From positions 1-50,922 of IMG/VR virus record IMGVR_UViG_3300037045_000347: 50,922 bases of DNA. One strand, 5' to 3'. Source of the stretch: a virus (lineage: Duplodnaviria > Caudoviricetes). Of the stretch, positions 1-10,000 are shown piece by piece. A model generated the notes under the pieces. The model was not told the DNA's origin. It was given only the letters and a program-made list of their open reading frames with translations, and did not search any database. Within the stretch, counting starts at the first letter, position 1. Every line of letters begins with the position of its first letter. The translations under genes were made by a program, and so were the position numbers.

Positions 1-447
1 ATGACAGCTTTATTCAACAATCCATTATTATCTGCACAGTCAATCAGTAAAAGAGCAGTTGAAAGATCCGGCCAAGTTATTTACGATTTCTTCTCCGCAA
101 TGGAGGCTCAGGGTTACATAGAAAGTTTTGAATTCGAGATGAAGCCGTACAACAACGGATATGAGCTTAGATTTGAACCTGACTGCAATCTCGAGAAGCT
201 GGAAAGTATTCCTTCTGGTTTACGGAACTACTGCTTCGGAACTCAAATTATCAACTTCCATCCGGAAAGCTTTTTCAACTCTAACTTCAAAGAAGGAAAT
301 GCCTCAATCACATACCGATTATTCAACGGTGAATATAAAACCATCAAGGTCAACGAAGAAACCAACTGGGATACTCTGATTAAAGATTTTTGGAATGACA
401 ATCATTCAAAACTCATCAGAAAAATGGAGCTGTTAATCTCAAAGTAA
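1..447 (+). CDS. Hypothetical phage protein
   Basis: 148-aa ATG-TAA ORF followed by an intrinsic terminator. Confidence 0.7.
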   Translation: MTALFNNPLLSAQSISKRAVERSGQVIYDFFSAMEAQGYIESFEFEMKPYNNGYELRFEPDCNLEKLESIPSGLRNYCFGTQIINFHPESFFNSNFKEGNASITYRLFNGEYKTIKVNEETNWDTLIKDFWNDNHSKLIRKMELLISK

Positions 448-467
448 TCACAATTTTGAATGCTAAG

Positions 468-495
468 AAGGGGGTGTAAATCACTCCCTTTTTTT
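468..495 (+). terminator. Rho-independent terminator
   Basis: AAGGGGGTG-taaat-CACTCCCTT hairpin followed by a T run. Confidence 0.75.
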
Positions 496-508
496 GTGTA
501 AATTAATT

Positions 509-591
509 AGTTAAACAAATATAAATCAGCTAGTTATATGTGTGTAGCTGCTTGCAAATATTTCCAATCCTTTGTAAGTTTGTATCATAAT
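509..591 (+). promoter_or_regulatory. Bacteroidota sigma-A-type promoter with conserved upstream box (copy 1)
   Basis: TAAGTTTG (-7 consensus TAnnTTTG) at 575-582, TTG at 552-554, AGTTAAACAA at 509; same layout recurs at 29698. Confidence 0.65.
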
Positions 592-616
592 AAGAAACCA
601 CTATAAAACAGCAGTT

Positions 617-952
617 ATGAAGGCGACAAAAGAAGAATTAGTAGCACAAAAATTAGTAGAAGTAAGTTATGTAATAAAAGAGCAGGTAGAAAGATTTATT
701 TCAAAACACCCATCCTTGAAGCAAATAGTAGTTGGATCGAAGAACCTCACCGACTTTTACGATCCAGATTTCTGCAAGTTAAATAATATACCTTTTACAG
801 GATTACTGAAAGATGTATATCAGTACCTTACAGGAGATGTATTGGAAGTTATTATGCAAGATGGATTAACTGTACTGGTTTATACTAAAAGAAACGAATT
901 TATTGATTCTTGTATAGCTTGTGCTACTAGAAACTTAAAATCAATTTATTAA
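617..952 (+). CDS. Hypothetical phage protein
   Basis: 111-aa ORF directly after a promoter, first of a tightly packed cluster. Confidence 0.7.
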   Translation: MKATKEELVAQKLVEVSYVIKEQVERFISKHPSLKQIVVGSKNLTDFYDPDFCKLNNIPFTGLLKDVYQYLTGDVLEVIMQDGLTVLVYTKRNEFIDSCIACATRNLKSIY

Positions 953-964
953 TCCGGCAGCAAC

Positions 965-1237
965 ATGATAACAACAGCAGATATTCAAAAGCGGTACATG
1001 AAACCAATCAACCGGAGCTTCAAGATGCAGATTGAAAAGTACATTTCAGTACCGGAAGTTCAGTACTACATCGAGAAAGCAATGTATTACGCACTCGAAA
1101 AAGAGGATTACCGGAAACTGGGTGAAATTGGTGGACACAACGGCAAATATCAATATCTGTACTGGCTATGTTGTATTTACATTCACCCTCTTACAATAGC
1201 TCAACACATAGTAACAGAAGCATCAAAAATTAAGTAA
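965..1237 (+). CDS. Hypothetical phage protein
   Basis: 90-aa ORF, 12 bp after previous stop. Confidence 0.7.
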   Translation: MITTADIQKRYMKPINRSFKMQIEKYISVPEVQYYIEKAMYYALEKEDYRKLGEIGGHNGKYQYLYWLCCIYIHPLTIAQHIVTEASKIK

Positions 1238-1238
1238 T

Positions 1239-1568
1239 ATGGCAACGAATACAGACATCAAACCTTTCTGCAACCTATATCTTTGGACTGATGTTGAACC
1301 TTATGAAGTTGTGGAAGTAGTCAGCCCGAAAAAAGTAATGATCCGAAAAATGGATGCGGTACTGAAGGTGTCACCTCAAACTTTCCATCAGGGAGGTTTT
1401 GCTGCCCACTGCGAAGATAACGATTCTCAACGTTGGGAGTGTACCAGTAATCCGGAATATCCACTTGAGACTATCACTCATACCAAAAACGGCTGGGGAA
1501 AGCCCGGCAGTCATGGTAGGTATAAAATGAGTGATAAACCAGTGAAGTTTTACGATTATAATTTTTGA
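1239..1568 (+). CDS. Hypothetical phage protein (C-terminal KFYDYNF)
   Basis: 109-aa ORF abutting previous gene; DVEPYEVV and GGFAAHC motifs resemble small phage proteins. Confidence 0.75.
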   Translation: MATNTDIKPFCNLYLWTDVEPYEVVEVVSPKKVMIRKMDAVLKVSPQTFHQGGFAAHCEDNDSQRWECTSNPEYPLETITHTKNGWGKPGSHGRYKMSDKPVKFYDYNF

Positions 1569-1573
1569 AAGCA

Positions 1574-1759
1574 ATGAAAACAGTCAATGTAGTAGTAATG
1601 GATTATTCATGCTGCAAGGTAACACACCTTCAAAACATCATCTTACCCGAAGAAGACGATGAAAGCACCATGATTGAAAATTACCTTTCCGATAACGGAT
1701 TCCACCTTTCCAATTGCAGTTGGATGTCGAGTGAGGATGAAATCGAGTTTGAAATCTAA
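1574..1759 (+). CDS. Small acidic hypothetical phage protein
   Basis: ATG at 1574 (alternative TTG at 1565); closes the small-gene cluster. Confidence 0.65.
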   Translation: MKTVNVVVMDYSCCKVTHLQNIILPEEDDESTMIENYLSDNGFHLSNCSWMSSEDEIEFEI

Positions 1760-1830
1760 ACAGTAATACATGTCAGGCTAATTCAACGGAACTCATTCAA
1801 TATCAATTTGTTGCGTTTACATTTAATTAA

Positions 1831-1872
1831 CAGAAAGTGCTTATCAGATAAGCATTTTCTGTTTTATTTTTG
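1831..1872 (+). promoter_or_regulatory. Putative late promoter: palindromic operator plus -7 box upstream of the head operon
   Basis: CAGAAAGTGCTTATC-A-GATAAGCATTTTCTG (15-bp arms, 1 mismatch), then TATTTTTG at 1865-1872; core repeated before the lysis genes. Confidence 0.7.
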
Positions 1873-1908
1873 TCTGAAAGAATTTATTAAATACTTAATT
1901 AAGTATCC

Positions 1909-2583
1909 ATGAACGAGAAGATTTTAGCGCTGTTGACTAATAAATTCACACAGGCACGAAAAGATGGATTACAGCAGTTGGCACGCTCACTGGCGTTACA
2001 GGTTGCTGACGAATCCGAAGCACAGGCACTCATCGACAAACTATCGGTCGAGAGAGTTACTGATTACATCAAAGAATGGAGACGTGAGGTTGATTCGGAA
2101 GTTTCCAATGCCAACAAAACCTTTGAAAGCACACTTCGCTCGAAGTATGATTTTGTTGACAAGAAAAACCAACCCGAAACACCCAAAACCGACACTCCCA
2201 AACAAGAAACTCCTGACGAAGTAGCCGAGATTATCAAGCAATCCATTCAGGCTGCCGTACAACCCCTTCAGGAAAAAATCTCACTTCTTGAGAACGGAAA
2301 AATCACCGATTCACGTAAGCAAACTCTTGAGCGTAAACTCAAAGCAGCTCCGGAAGCATTTAAGAAAACTGTAATGAGCAGTTTTGGTAAGATGCAATTT
2401 CAGAATGAGGAGGAATTCAACTCTTTCATTTCTGAAACCGAGCAAAACCTTGAAGCATTTACGCAGGAGGCTGCAAACTCCGGATTGGGAAGCTTCCCCC
2501 GCCCTGGCATTCCTGCAGGGACTGTTTCTCAGGAATCGGTTACTGCTGATATTAAAGCATGGGCAGGCACCCGACAGGAATAA
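1909..2583 (+). CDS. Capsid scaffolding protein (putative)
   Basis: Helical/coiled-coil 224-aa protein with a Pro/Thr/Glu linker, two genes upstream of the major capsid gene. Confidence 0.7.
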   Translation: MNEKILALLTNKFTQARKDGLQQLARSLALQVADESEAQALIDKLSVERVTDYIKEWRREVDSEVSNANKTFESTLRSKYDFVDKKNQPETPKTDTPKQETPDEVAEIIKQSIQAAVQPLQEKISLLENGKITDSRKQTLERKLKAAPEAFKKTVMSSFGKMQFQNEEEFNSFISETEQNLEAFTQEAANSGLGSFPRPGIPAGTVSQESVTADIKAWAGTRQE

Positions 2584-2617
2584 CAATCAATCATTTATTC
2601 ACTTTGAAATTTAAGCT

Positions 2618-3190
2618 ATGCAGATTAAAAAAGAATATGCACGGGCTGGAATTCCTATTTGGCAGAGTAAAAACACTCAGGTTGCCCAAGGTGGTTACTT
2701 GCTGCATGATTCAGCATTTAGCACCGAAGGTACTGTTGTTCCTGCCGGAATTCCAATTGGTTTTGACGATACCACACGCAAGGCAAAGGTTGGCAAGTTT
2801 TCAGTAATGCAGGCAAGCGCAACCGCTTCTGCTACTGATTATAAAGTAATCAAAGGTCACAGGCTCAAAGTTGGTATGGCTCTCACTTCGAGTACAGCAT
2901 CAGGATCACAAAACATCACTGAAATCAACACTACCCATCAGGATTACGATGTGGTGAAACTCTCTGCAACGCTGGGAGTTGCTTTTTCGGTTGGAGATGC
3001 TTTGTATGTGAACGATGAGGGTTACACCCAACTCAAAGGCTTGCTTTACGAGGATGTTGTCATTGACTCAAATGGAGTTGCTGATATTGCCGTAGTACTT
3101 CGGGGAACTGTTTACGCACGGAGAATTGTTCCGGTTCCGGAAGCTATTCAGGCAAAACTTCCTCTTATTATTTTCTCACAATCTTACTAA
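2618..3190 (+). CDS. Head decoration / head fibre protein (putative)
   Basis: Between scaffold and capsid; VVPAGIPIG and KGLLYEDV...VVLRGTVYARRI resemble decoration proteins. Confidence 0.65.
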   Translation: MQIKKEYARAGIPIWQSKNTQVAQGGYLLHDSAFSTEGTVVPAGIPIGFDDTTRKAKVGKFSVMQASATASATDYKVIKGHRLKVGMALTSSTASGSQNITEINTTHQDYDVVKLSATLGVAFSVGDALYVNDEGYTQLKGLLYEDVVIDSNGVADIAVVLRGTVYARRIVPVPEAIQAKLPLIIFSQSY

Positions 3191-3205
3191 ACAGGAGGAT
3201 AACAT

Positions 3206-4294
3206 ATGTCTAAAATACAATCCATTTTCGGGGTATATGCAAGCAGTTTGCAGGCTATCATCGATAATAGTCTCGACCGTTTTGCTCCTAACTGGTATCC
3301 TAAATACTTCGGTTGGGCTCCGGCACAACAAACCCTTACCTTCACTTCGGTGGTAGGTGCAAGCCGTATTGAAGCAGCCGCTTCGATTGTCAATCGTTCT
3401 TCGGAAGCACCTTTGAGGGCTCGTTCAGAAATGAGCAAGTATCAGGGTGAAATTCCTGCTATTAAGCAGAAATTCTCCATGCGTGAAGGTGATTACCGTG
3501 ATTTCCTAGCTCTTCAGGCATCGAGTCTGGATGAAGCAGCTAAGAAAGCCCAGCTGTTGGACTTCTTATTCGATGATGTAAAGAAAGCCGGAAGTGCTCC
3601 ACACAAGCGGTTGGACATTATGGTTCTTCAGGCCATCTCTACCGGAAAGATTTCCTTAACGGTTGACAACAACCCTGATGGTATCATCTTAAAAGAGGAT
3701 TTAGACCTGTTGATGCCGTTGGATAACAAGCTTTCGGTTACAACCACTGCTGAACGTAAGTGGCGCAATCCACTCACTTCCACACCACTTACCGACATTA
3801 CCAATGTGGTTACTCAGGCCCGGCTGAAAGGTCACTCGTTTGAAAAAATTCTGATGAGCATGACTCAGGCCATGCAGTTGGCAAAAAGCAAGGAAGTGAT
3901 TGATAGCTTAATCTCTTTCAATCAACTGCAAAAAGGTGCTGCCATTGCCACTATTGCAAAGGTTAACGAGTATTTGCAGGCCAATTTACTTCCACCTATC
4001 GAACTGGTAGATGAAGTGATTGGTATTGAAAAGGATGGTGTAATCAATACTATTCGTCCATGGCAGGAAGGAAACATTTCTTTCATTCCATCGGGTAAAC
4101 TGGGAGTTATCAAAAACGCTGTTTGTCTGGAACAAATGCAGCCAGTTCAGCATGTAAACTATGCAGTTTATAACCGAGCATTGCTCAGCAAATGGCAGGA
4201 GAACGACCCGTGGGCAGAATTCACGGCTGTTGAGCTGAATGCTTTCCCGGCATTTGAAGCCATTGATAAGGTGTACATTCTGAATGTGGATTAA
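3206..4294 (+). CDS. Major capsid protein (HK97 fold, lambda gpE-like family)
   Basis: 362 aa; GEIPAIKQK, LQAISTGKI, PLTDI and AFPAFEAID motifs; position in the head module. Confidence 0.85.
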   Translation: MSKIQSIFGVYASSLQAIIDNSLDRFAPNWYPKYFGWAPAQQTLTFTSVVGASRIEAAASIVNRSSEAPLRARSEMSKYQGEIPAIKQKFSMREGDYRDFLALQASSLDEAAKKAQLLDFLFDDVKKAGSAPHKRLDIMVLQAISTGKISLTVDNNPDGIILKEDLDLLMPLDNKLSVTTTAERKWRNPLTSTPLTDITNVVTQARLKGHSFEKILMSMTQAMQLAKSKEVIDSLISFNQLQKGAAIATIAKVNEYLQANLLPPIELVDEVIGIEKDGVINTIRPWQEGNISFIPSGKLGVIKNAVCLEQMQPVQHVNYAVYNRALLSKWQENDPWAEFTAVELNAFPAFEAIDKVYILNVD

Positions 4295-4297
4295 TCT

Positions 4298-4603
4298 ATG
4301 ACTACAAGGCAATACCTGCAAATAGCTCTTTCAAAATTTGAGGTTGGAGATTCATTGGTTGATTTAATAGTTGTTGAGAACAGCCTTGACCCGGGTTCCG
4401 ATGTGTGTGTTGATGAAGTGAAGCGTGCGATTCATCGGAGCCTGGGCACATGGCTGCCAGTTCAATCAACTGTTTCTGAAGGTGGTGTTTCGATGACATG
4501 GAATTTGGATGCAATAAAACTCTACTATTCTGCTCTTAGTCGGGAACTGGGCTTAGAGGATATTACTCAACCAACCATCAGGGATTTTTCAAACATTTGG
4601 TAG
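4298..4603 (+). CDS. Head-tail connector/adaptor (putative)
   Basis: 101 aa directly after capsid; VSEGGVSMTW motif typical of adaptor beta-hairpins. Confidence 0.65.
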   Translation: MTTRQYLQIALSKFEVGDSLVDLIVVENSLDPGSDVCVDEVKRAIHRSLGTWLPVQSTVSEGGVSMTWNLDAIKLYYSALSRELGLEDITQPTIRDFSNIW

Positions 4604-4604
4604 T

Positions 4605-4913
4605 ATGAAGGGATTTGTTCGGGCGATGTATCAAACCTTAGGTGGTATTAATGAAGATGGTGAACCCATTCCAGCAGGTAAGACATGGGGAGAATATATC
4701 CCCTGTCAATACGCTGCCAATACGCTTTCCAACAAAGGGGTTTACGTGGGTGGAGAGTTTCAGGAATCATCCTTTACCATCACCCTGAAGGATATGTCGT
4801 TCAAAGCAGATTTCATTCAACTTTCCAACTCTCGTAAGGAGCTGGTTTGTGAAAAGCAGGTATTAAGTTTTGAAGTGTTGGAATCCGTAAAGCGCATTAA
4901 AATTACCGTGTGA
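4605..4913 (+). CDS. Head closure protein (putative)
   Basis: 102-aa beta-rich protein; GGINEDGEPI motif; synteny. Confidence 0.6.
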   Translation: MKGFVRAMYQTLGGINEDGEPIPAGKTWGEYIPCQYAANTLSNKGVYVGGEFQESSFTITLKDMSFKADFIQLSNSRKELVCEKQVLSFEVLESVKRIKITV

Positions 4914-5356
4914 TGCCTATTCAACAGAAAACACCACAAACACTCATTGATGAGTATTTAGCCAAACGACTCAAAGAGCGGGAGGCCAAACTCATTAATA
5001 TGCTTGAATATGCAGGTGTTCTTTGTGTTCGGGAAGCAAAACTCAATCCCGGCTACATCGATCAGACGGGTAATTTACGCAGCTCTATCGGATATATGAT
5101 ACTAAAAGAGGGAAGAGTTGTTAGCAGGTCAGGCTTTCATCAGGAAAAAGATGGTGATGATGGTGTAAAAGAGGGAAAGAATTTCCTGAAAAGCCTGATT
5201 GCCAACAACCAAAAAGGTTTGGTTTTGATAGTTGTTGCCGGAATGAACTACGCAGCTTACGTGGAGACCAAACGCAATGTCCTCAAAAAATCAGAATTAC
5301 TGGCAGAGGAGTTAGTGCCTAAATTATTAAGGCAGTTAGGATACAAAGTGCAATGA
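4910..5356 (+). CDS. Neck/tail-completion protein, HK97 gp10-like
   Basis: DQTGNLRSSI and MNYAAYVE motifs. Confidence 0.8.
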   Translation: MMPIQQKTPQTLIDEYLAKRLKEREAKLINMLEYAGVLCVREAKLNPGYIDQTGNLRSSIGYMILKEGRVVSRSGFHQEKDGDDGVKEGKNFLKSLIANNQKGLVLIVVAGMNYAAYVETKRNVLKKSELLAEELVPKLLRQLGYKVQ

Positions 5357-5760
5357 AAAAGACCGGAAGTACATTTGAAAAGGAAGTGTTCCAGCTTATC
5401 AGGGAAAGCCCGCTTAAATCATCTATTTCAGGCGGAATTTACCGTGATGGGATGCGCCCTTTCAACTCTCATCAGGAGGATGCGATTATCTCATTTCTGA
5501 CAGGTATTGATGGCCAGTTCCAGCGTGGGATTGTGAATATCAATATCTTCATTCCTGACATTGAGTTCGGAGGTCAGAACAAGGTAAAAAACATCGCCCG
5601 GTGTAATCAAATTGAGGAGTTGTGTCAGGGGATTATTTCATCCCTTAAGAAGGATGGATATCGCTTTTCGCTGGATTCACTTATCCAGACTTTCAAAGCA
5701 GAAGAAACCGACCAGCACTTTGTAAATGTGAAGTTGAGATTCGATTACGTGACATTTTAA
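5353..5760 (+). CDS. Tail terminator protein (putative)
   Basis: 135 aa immediately before the tail tube gene; ATGA overlap. Confidence 0.65.
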   Translation: MKKTGSTFEKEVFQLIRESPLKSSISGGIYRDGMRPFNSHQEDAIISFLTGIDGQFQRGIVNINIFIPDIEFGGQNKVKNIARCNQIEELCQGIISSLKKDGYRFSLDSLIQTFKAEETDQHFVNVKLRFDYVTF

Positions 5761-5772
5761 AAATTTGAAGTT

Positions 5773-6228
5773 ATGGCATTATCATGGGGAAAACCAAAAA
5801 TAGAAATAGCACCATATGTTGATGGTGCCTTGCCTGCTTCTCCTGCTTACACAGTATTTCCCGAAGTTCGGGAGGATAGTGCACGACTTTCCACTACTAA
5901 GGGAAAGAAACGGGAAGCAAGGGCAGAAGGTGGCGATTTAGTGGATATGTGCTATTCCAAAAACGCTTATTCATTCGAGTGTGAGGTTTTCGTTAAGTCG
6001 GGAGATACCCGGCCTATCGAAGACAACGATGGAGTGATTGCAACCAAACATGCAGTTCGTTTAACACCGGAAGATCCATCAGCAGAAGGATTCATCTTTG
6101 AAAAATCGCTTGTGAGCGTTGAGGAAATATGGAGTGCAGCAGATGGGAAGTTACTCAAATACACTTTTGAAGCACTCAAACCCGCAAACGGTAAGATGTG
6201 CAAACCTTATTCGGGGTCGGCTGTATAG
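5773..6228 (+). CDS. Major tail (tube) protein
   Basis: MALSWGKPKIE start, beta-rich 151 aa, precedes chaperone and tape measure. Confidence 0.75.
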   Translation: MALSWGKPKIEIAPYVDGALPASPAYTVFPEVREDSARLSTTKGKKREARAEGGDLVDMCYSKNAYSFECEVFVKSGDTRPIEDNDGVIATKHAVRLTPEDPSAEGFIFEKSLVSVEEIWSAADGKLLKYTFEALKPANGKMCKPYSGSAV

Positions 6229-6237
6229 CCTTTTTTT

Positions 6238-6314
6238 AGCGGGGGAGAACGACGGTTGTTCGTCTGTTTATCAGTAACAGAAGGTTGGTGGTTCGAGTCC
6301 ACCCCTCGCAACAA
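6238..6314 (+). tRNA. tRNA-like element/pseudo-tRNA resembling initiator tRNA-fMet, with an atypical anticodon arm (apparent UCA)
   Basis: Acceptor GCGGGG/CCTCGC with A1:A72 mismatch; D arm GAAC/GTTC; anticodon arm TCTGTT-TATCAGT-AACAGA; T arm GGTGG-TTCGAGT-CCACC; lacks U8, U33 and encoded CCA. Confidence 0.7.
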
Positions 6315-6334
6315 TTTTTTATTGAAGGGTTGAT

Positions 6335-6808
6335 ATGCGTGTTGAAGAAAAAGTAGCAAGTACAATTTTTCAGGAAGCTGGAAAAATCACTATATGCGGT
6401 AAGGAGTACCCAATGGCTCCACCTACTACTGCCACATTAATTCAGGTGTCGAGATTGATTTCAAAATTACCGGACATCAAGCTCGAAAACGACGAAGTGT
6501 TTTTCGGGTCACTAATGATAGCCAAAGAATGCCAAATTTTGGGCAAAATAGCCGCAATATTAATATTGGGCGTTGATAGGCATATCTTTTATCACTCCAA
6601 AAGAAAAACACTCTTAAATCTCCTTAAAACACGTCATGCCCGAAAAGTTGATGAGCTGGCCGATAAAATTCTTTTTGAATGCCGGCCAAGCGAAGTGAAT
6701 TCTTTCATCGTAAATCAACTTTCAAGGATGGAGATTGGTGATTTTTTCGGGCTTACCACTTCCCTGTGCGAAATAAACATTCTAAGAAAAACAAGGGGGG
6801 TGGTGTAG
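6335..6808 (+). CDS. Tail assembly chaperone (gpG-like)
   Basis: Between tail tube and tape measure; slippery T TTT TTC near the 3' end. Confidence 0.75.
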   Translation: MRVEEKVASTIFQEAGKITICGKEYPMAPPTTATLIQVSRLISKLPDIKLENDEVFFGSLMIAKECQILGKIAAILILGVDRHIFYHSKRKTLLNLLKTRHARKVDELADKILFECRPSEVNSFIVNQLSRMEIGDFFGLTTSLCEINILRKTRGVV

Positions 6809-7011
6809 AAAACGACAGTATCTGGTCACTGGTTGCAGGGATGGCCAAAAACTTTCCACAACTAACTTTCAACGCAATTTTATTTGAATTAAGCTACGCC
6901 AATCTTGTACTGTACAGTGCAGTATTGCCAACGTATGAAGAGGATAACGGTGATATCGATGCCGATGACCCACGAAACAAACATCTGATAAGGAGCATGC
7001 TGTATGATTAA
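6742..7011 (+). CDS. Tail assembly chaperone -1 frameshift extension (gpT-like)
   Basis: -1 frame opens exactly at the heptamer 6742-6748 (TGA at 6739-6741 precedes it) and runs to 7011, overlapping the tape measure start. Confidence 0.7.
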   Translation, partial: FFRAYHFPVRNKHSKKNKGGGVENDSIWSLVAGMAKNFPQLTFNAILFELSYANLVLYSAVLPTYEEDNGDIDADDPRNKHLIRSMLYD

Positions 7012-10000
7012 CGATTCCGGAAAAATATGGTACTCAACAGGTATTGATAATTCCCAATTACAGAAGGATGCTGAAAAAGCCAAAGGGCTTATCGGTGGCA
7101 TCGGCCAAAAGGCGGTTGATGAGGGTAACAGGATTGATAATACCCTTAGCAACCTTAGCCGGGCTGTTGCAACTGTTTTTACCATTCAGCAGGCAACCAA
7201 TTTTGCCCGTGAGATAGCAAACGTCAGAGGAGAATTCCAACAGTTGGAGATCGCTTTTACCACCATGCTCAGAAGCAAGGAGAGGGCAGATAAACTCATG
7301 CTGGAAGTTGTGGACTTTGCAGCGACCACTCCATTCGACCTTCAGGGGGTGGCATCGGGTGCTAAACAGTTATTAGCTTATGGATTTACAGCAGATAGTA
7401 TCCGTGAAAATCTCACCATGTTGGGTAACGTTGCTGCTGGTGTTGGTTCGCAGATTGGAGATATAATCTACCTGTACGGAACACTTAACGCTCAGGGTAA
7501 AGTGATGACCAAAGACCTGATGCAATTTGCAGGTCGAGGAATTCCGATCTACAAAGAGCTTGCAGCCGTACTTCAGGTAACAGAAAAAGAAGTGATGGAC
7601 TTAGCATCATCCGGTCAGCTTTCCTTTCAGCATGTCGAGCAGGCTTTCAAAAACATGGTGAGCTCATCCGGAATGTTTCACAATCTGATGCAGGAGCAAT
7701 CCAAATCCATCACAGGGCAGCTTTCCAACTTAGGGGACTCCATCGATCAGATGTTTAACGAGATGGGTCAATCATCGGAAGGTGTAATTACAAGTGCTAT
7801 TTCGGGTGCTTCGTATTTGGTGGAAAACTACCAAAAGGTGGGAGAAATTATTGCATCCCTTGTTGCCCTTTATGGAACCTACAAGGCTGCTGTAATGGTA
7901 TTCAATGTTGCTCAATCCACATCCATCGCTTTAAGCAAGGGCTGGACAGTTGCTGAGCTGGCAAAGTTCAAAGCGCTGGTAATGGTTGAAGGAGCTCAAA
8001 AACTCCTCAATAAAACCATGCTGGCCAATCCTTATGTTGCAGCAACAATGGCTGTTGTTTCACTAACAACTGCTTTAACCTTTTACGCCCGCAGTGCAAA
8101 GAAAGCCCAATCAGAAACTCAAATGCTGAGCGACATTACAAAGGAAGCGGAGACTAATATCAAAGCGGAGATTACGGAACTTTCAGGCCTTAGAAAGGTG
8201 CTGGATGATTCCACAAAGGGTTATTCCGATAGAAAGAAAGCACTGGATAAAATAAAGGAGGTTGTACCCGATTATCACGCATCACTCACTACTGAAGGGA
8301 CGTTGATCAACAACAATTCCGAAGCTCTCGACAGCTATGTAAAGAAGCTTAAATACACCGAACAGGTAAGGATAGCTGTTGCTAAACAGGCAGAAGCTCA
8401 GGAAACACTCGATAGCTGGAAAGCCAAAAACAGGGATGTTCTTGCCAATGCAGTAGCTAAAAAATACGGTGGACGGGAGAATGAGATGTTTGCCGGAGAA
8501 AAGGCCGCCATGGATATTTACAAGCGACTTTCGGATGAGGCACACAAATACTCACTGGTGATTGATAAGCTTCAGGAAGAAATGCTTAAAGTAACTCCTG
8601 ACAGCACTACTACTTTCACTGCACCTGAAAAGGAGGATAAAAACACTTCTAAACTTCTCGATCAGATTAAGGCTGAGAAAGTAGAAATCCAACGGGCAAA
8701 GGAGGATTTATACTTCAATCGTGTTGAAGCGGAGCTGGAACTGTTGGAGGATGGTTCTGCAAAAGAATTGGCTCAACTGGAACTGAATTTCCGTCGGAAG
8801 ATCACTGAAATCAACCGACAGGAGGAAGAACTTCTTCAGGTATTTCGTAATCACGCCAAAAAGGAATGGGAAGCAAAGGGTGGTCAAGGTGCTTTTAATG
8901 AAAACACCATCACTCTACCTAAAGAGCAAGCCGATGAGTTTGAACGCATGAGAGATGCTGAAAGCAAGTCTTACGACATTGCCCAGGGTGATGTGTATAA
9001 AAAACTTCTTGTCAAATACCAAACCTATTCAGAACAACGGAAAAGTATCGAGGAGAAGTTTCAAAAAGACATTGCGGAACTTTCAACTAAATTCGGTGCT
9101 GACAGTTCGGCTGTGAGGGTTGCCAACGAGCAAATGAAAAAAGCGCTCGATGAGCTGGCCAAAGAAGTGCTTCAGGATAACGGTTCCGGATTGCTGGACT
9201 TATACCTTTTTGGTGATGGAACGGATTTTCTTACTTCCAAAATCAAAGAGGCACTTCCGCTATTCGAGGATATAACCAAACTATCCTACAACGAACTTTC
9301 AAAGGTTAAGGAAATCATCGGTAAAGTGACTTTTACCGACAAGCAGTTATCACTGTTTAAAGAGGCTGGTATCGATGTCGAAAAACTCAAAACGGCACTC
9401 GATGAAGCCAAAGAATCAGCCGAAGGAATGCTGGATGTGCAGGCATGGGAAAAGGTTGTTGAGATGGCCCGAAAACTCACTGATTCACTGGGTGAATTAG
9501 GAGACTCACTCTCTACTTTCTCAGGAGCATTAGGTCAAATCGGGAAAGCTATTTCCGGCATATCAGGTAGTTTGGATGATGTGCTTACTGCATTTGATAA
9601 AAACGCTACTTCAACGGATATCGTCAGTGCTGGTATCTCAGGGCTTTCCACACTTCTTTCCATGGTAGGCAATCAGATTGCAGAAAACAAACAGGCTCAG
9701 GAGGAATGGAACTTAAAGATACTCGAATCGGCTCAAAATATGTCATTGGCTCGCATCGAGATGGAAGCTTACAAGGAATCCAACATCTTCGGTGTGGAGA
9801 ATCCCTATGCAAAGGCCATTGCCGGAGTAAGGCAGTATTCATCTGCTATGTTGGAGCTCAAAGCAACTGCCAACACTCTTTCTCAGGGAAGAGTACAAAT
9901 CGGGACCAAACAGCAGGTAGATGCCGGCAATGTCGCTACCGGAATAGGCGCAGGAGCTGCCATAGGTGCAGCCGTGGGCTCTTTTATCCCTGTGATAGGT

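Noticed and set aside
6269-6275. UCA anticodon as evidence for UGA recoding or selenocysteine
   Set aside because: Phage genes read intact in the standard code, several end in TGA within ATGA/GTGA overlaps, and the element lacks U33 and the long variable arm of tRNA-Sec
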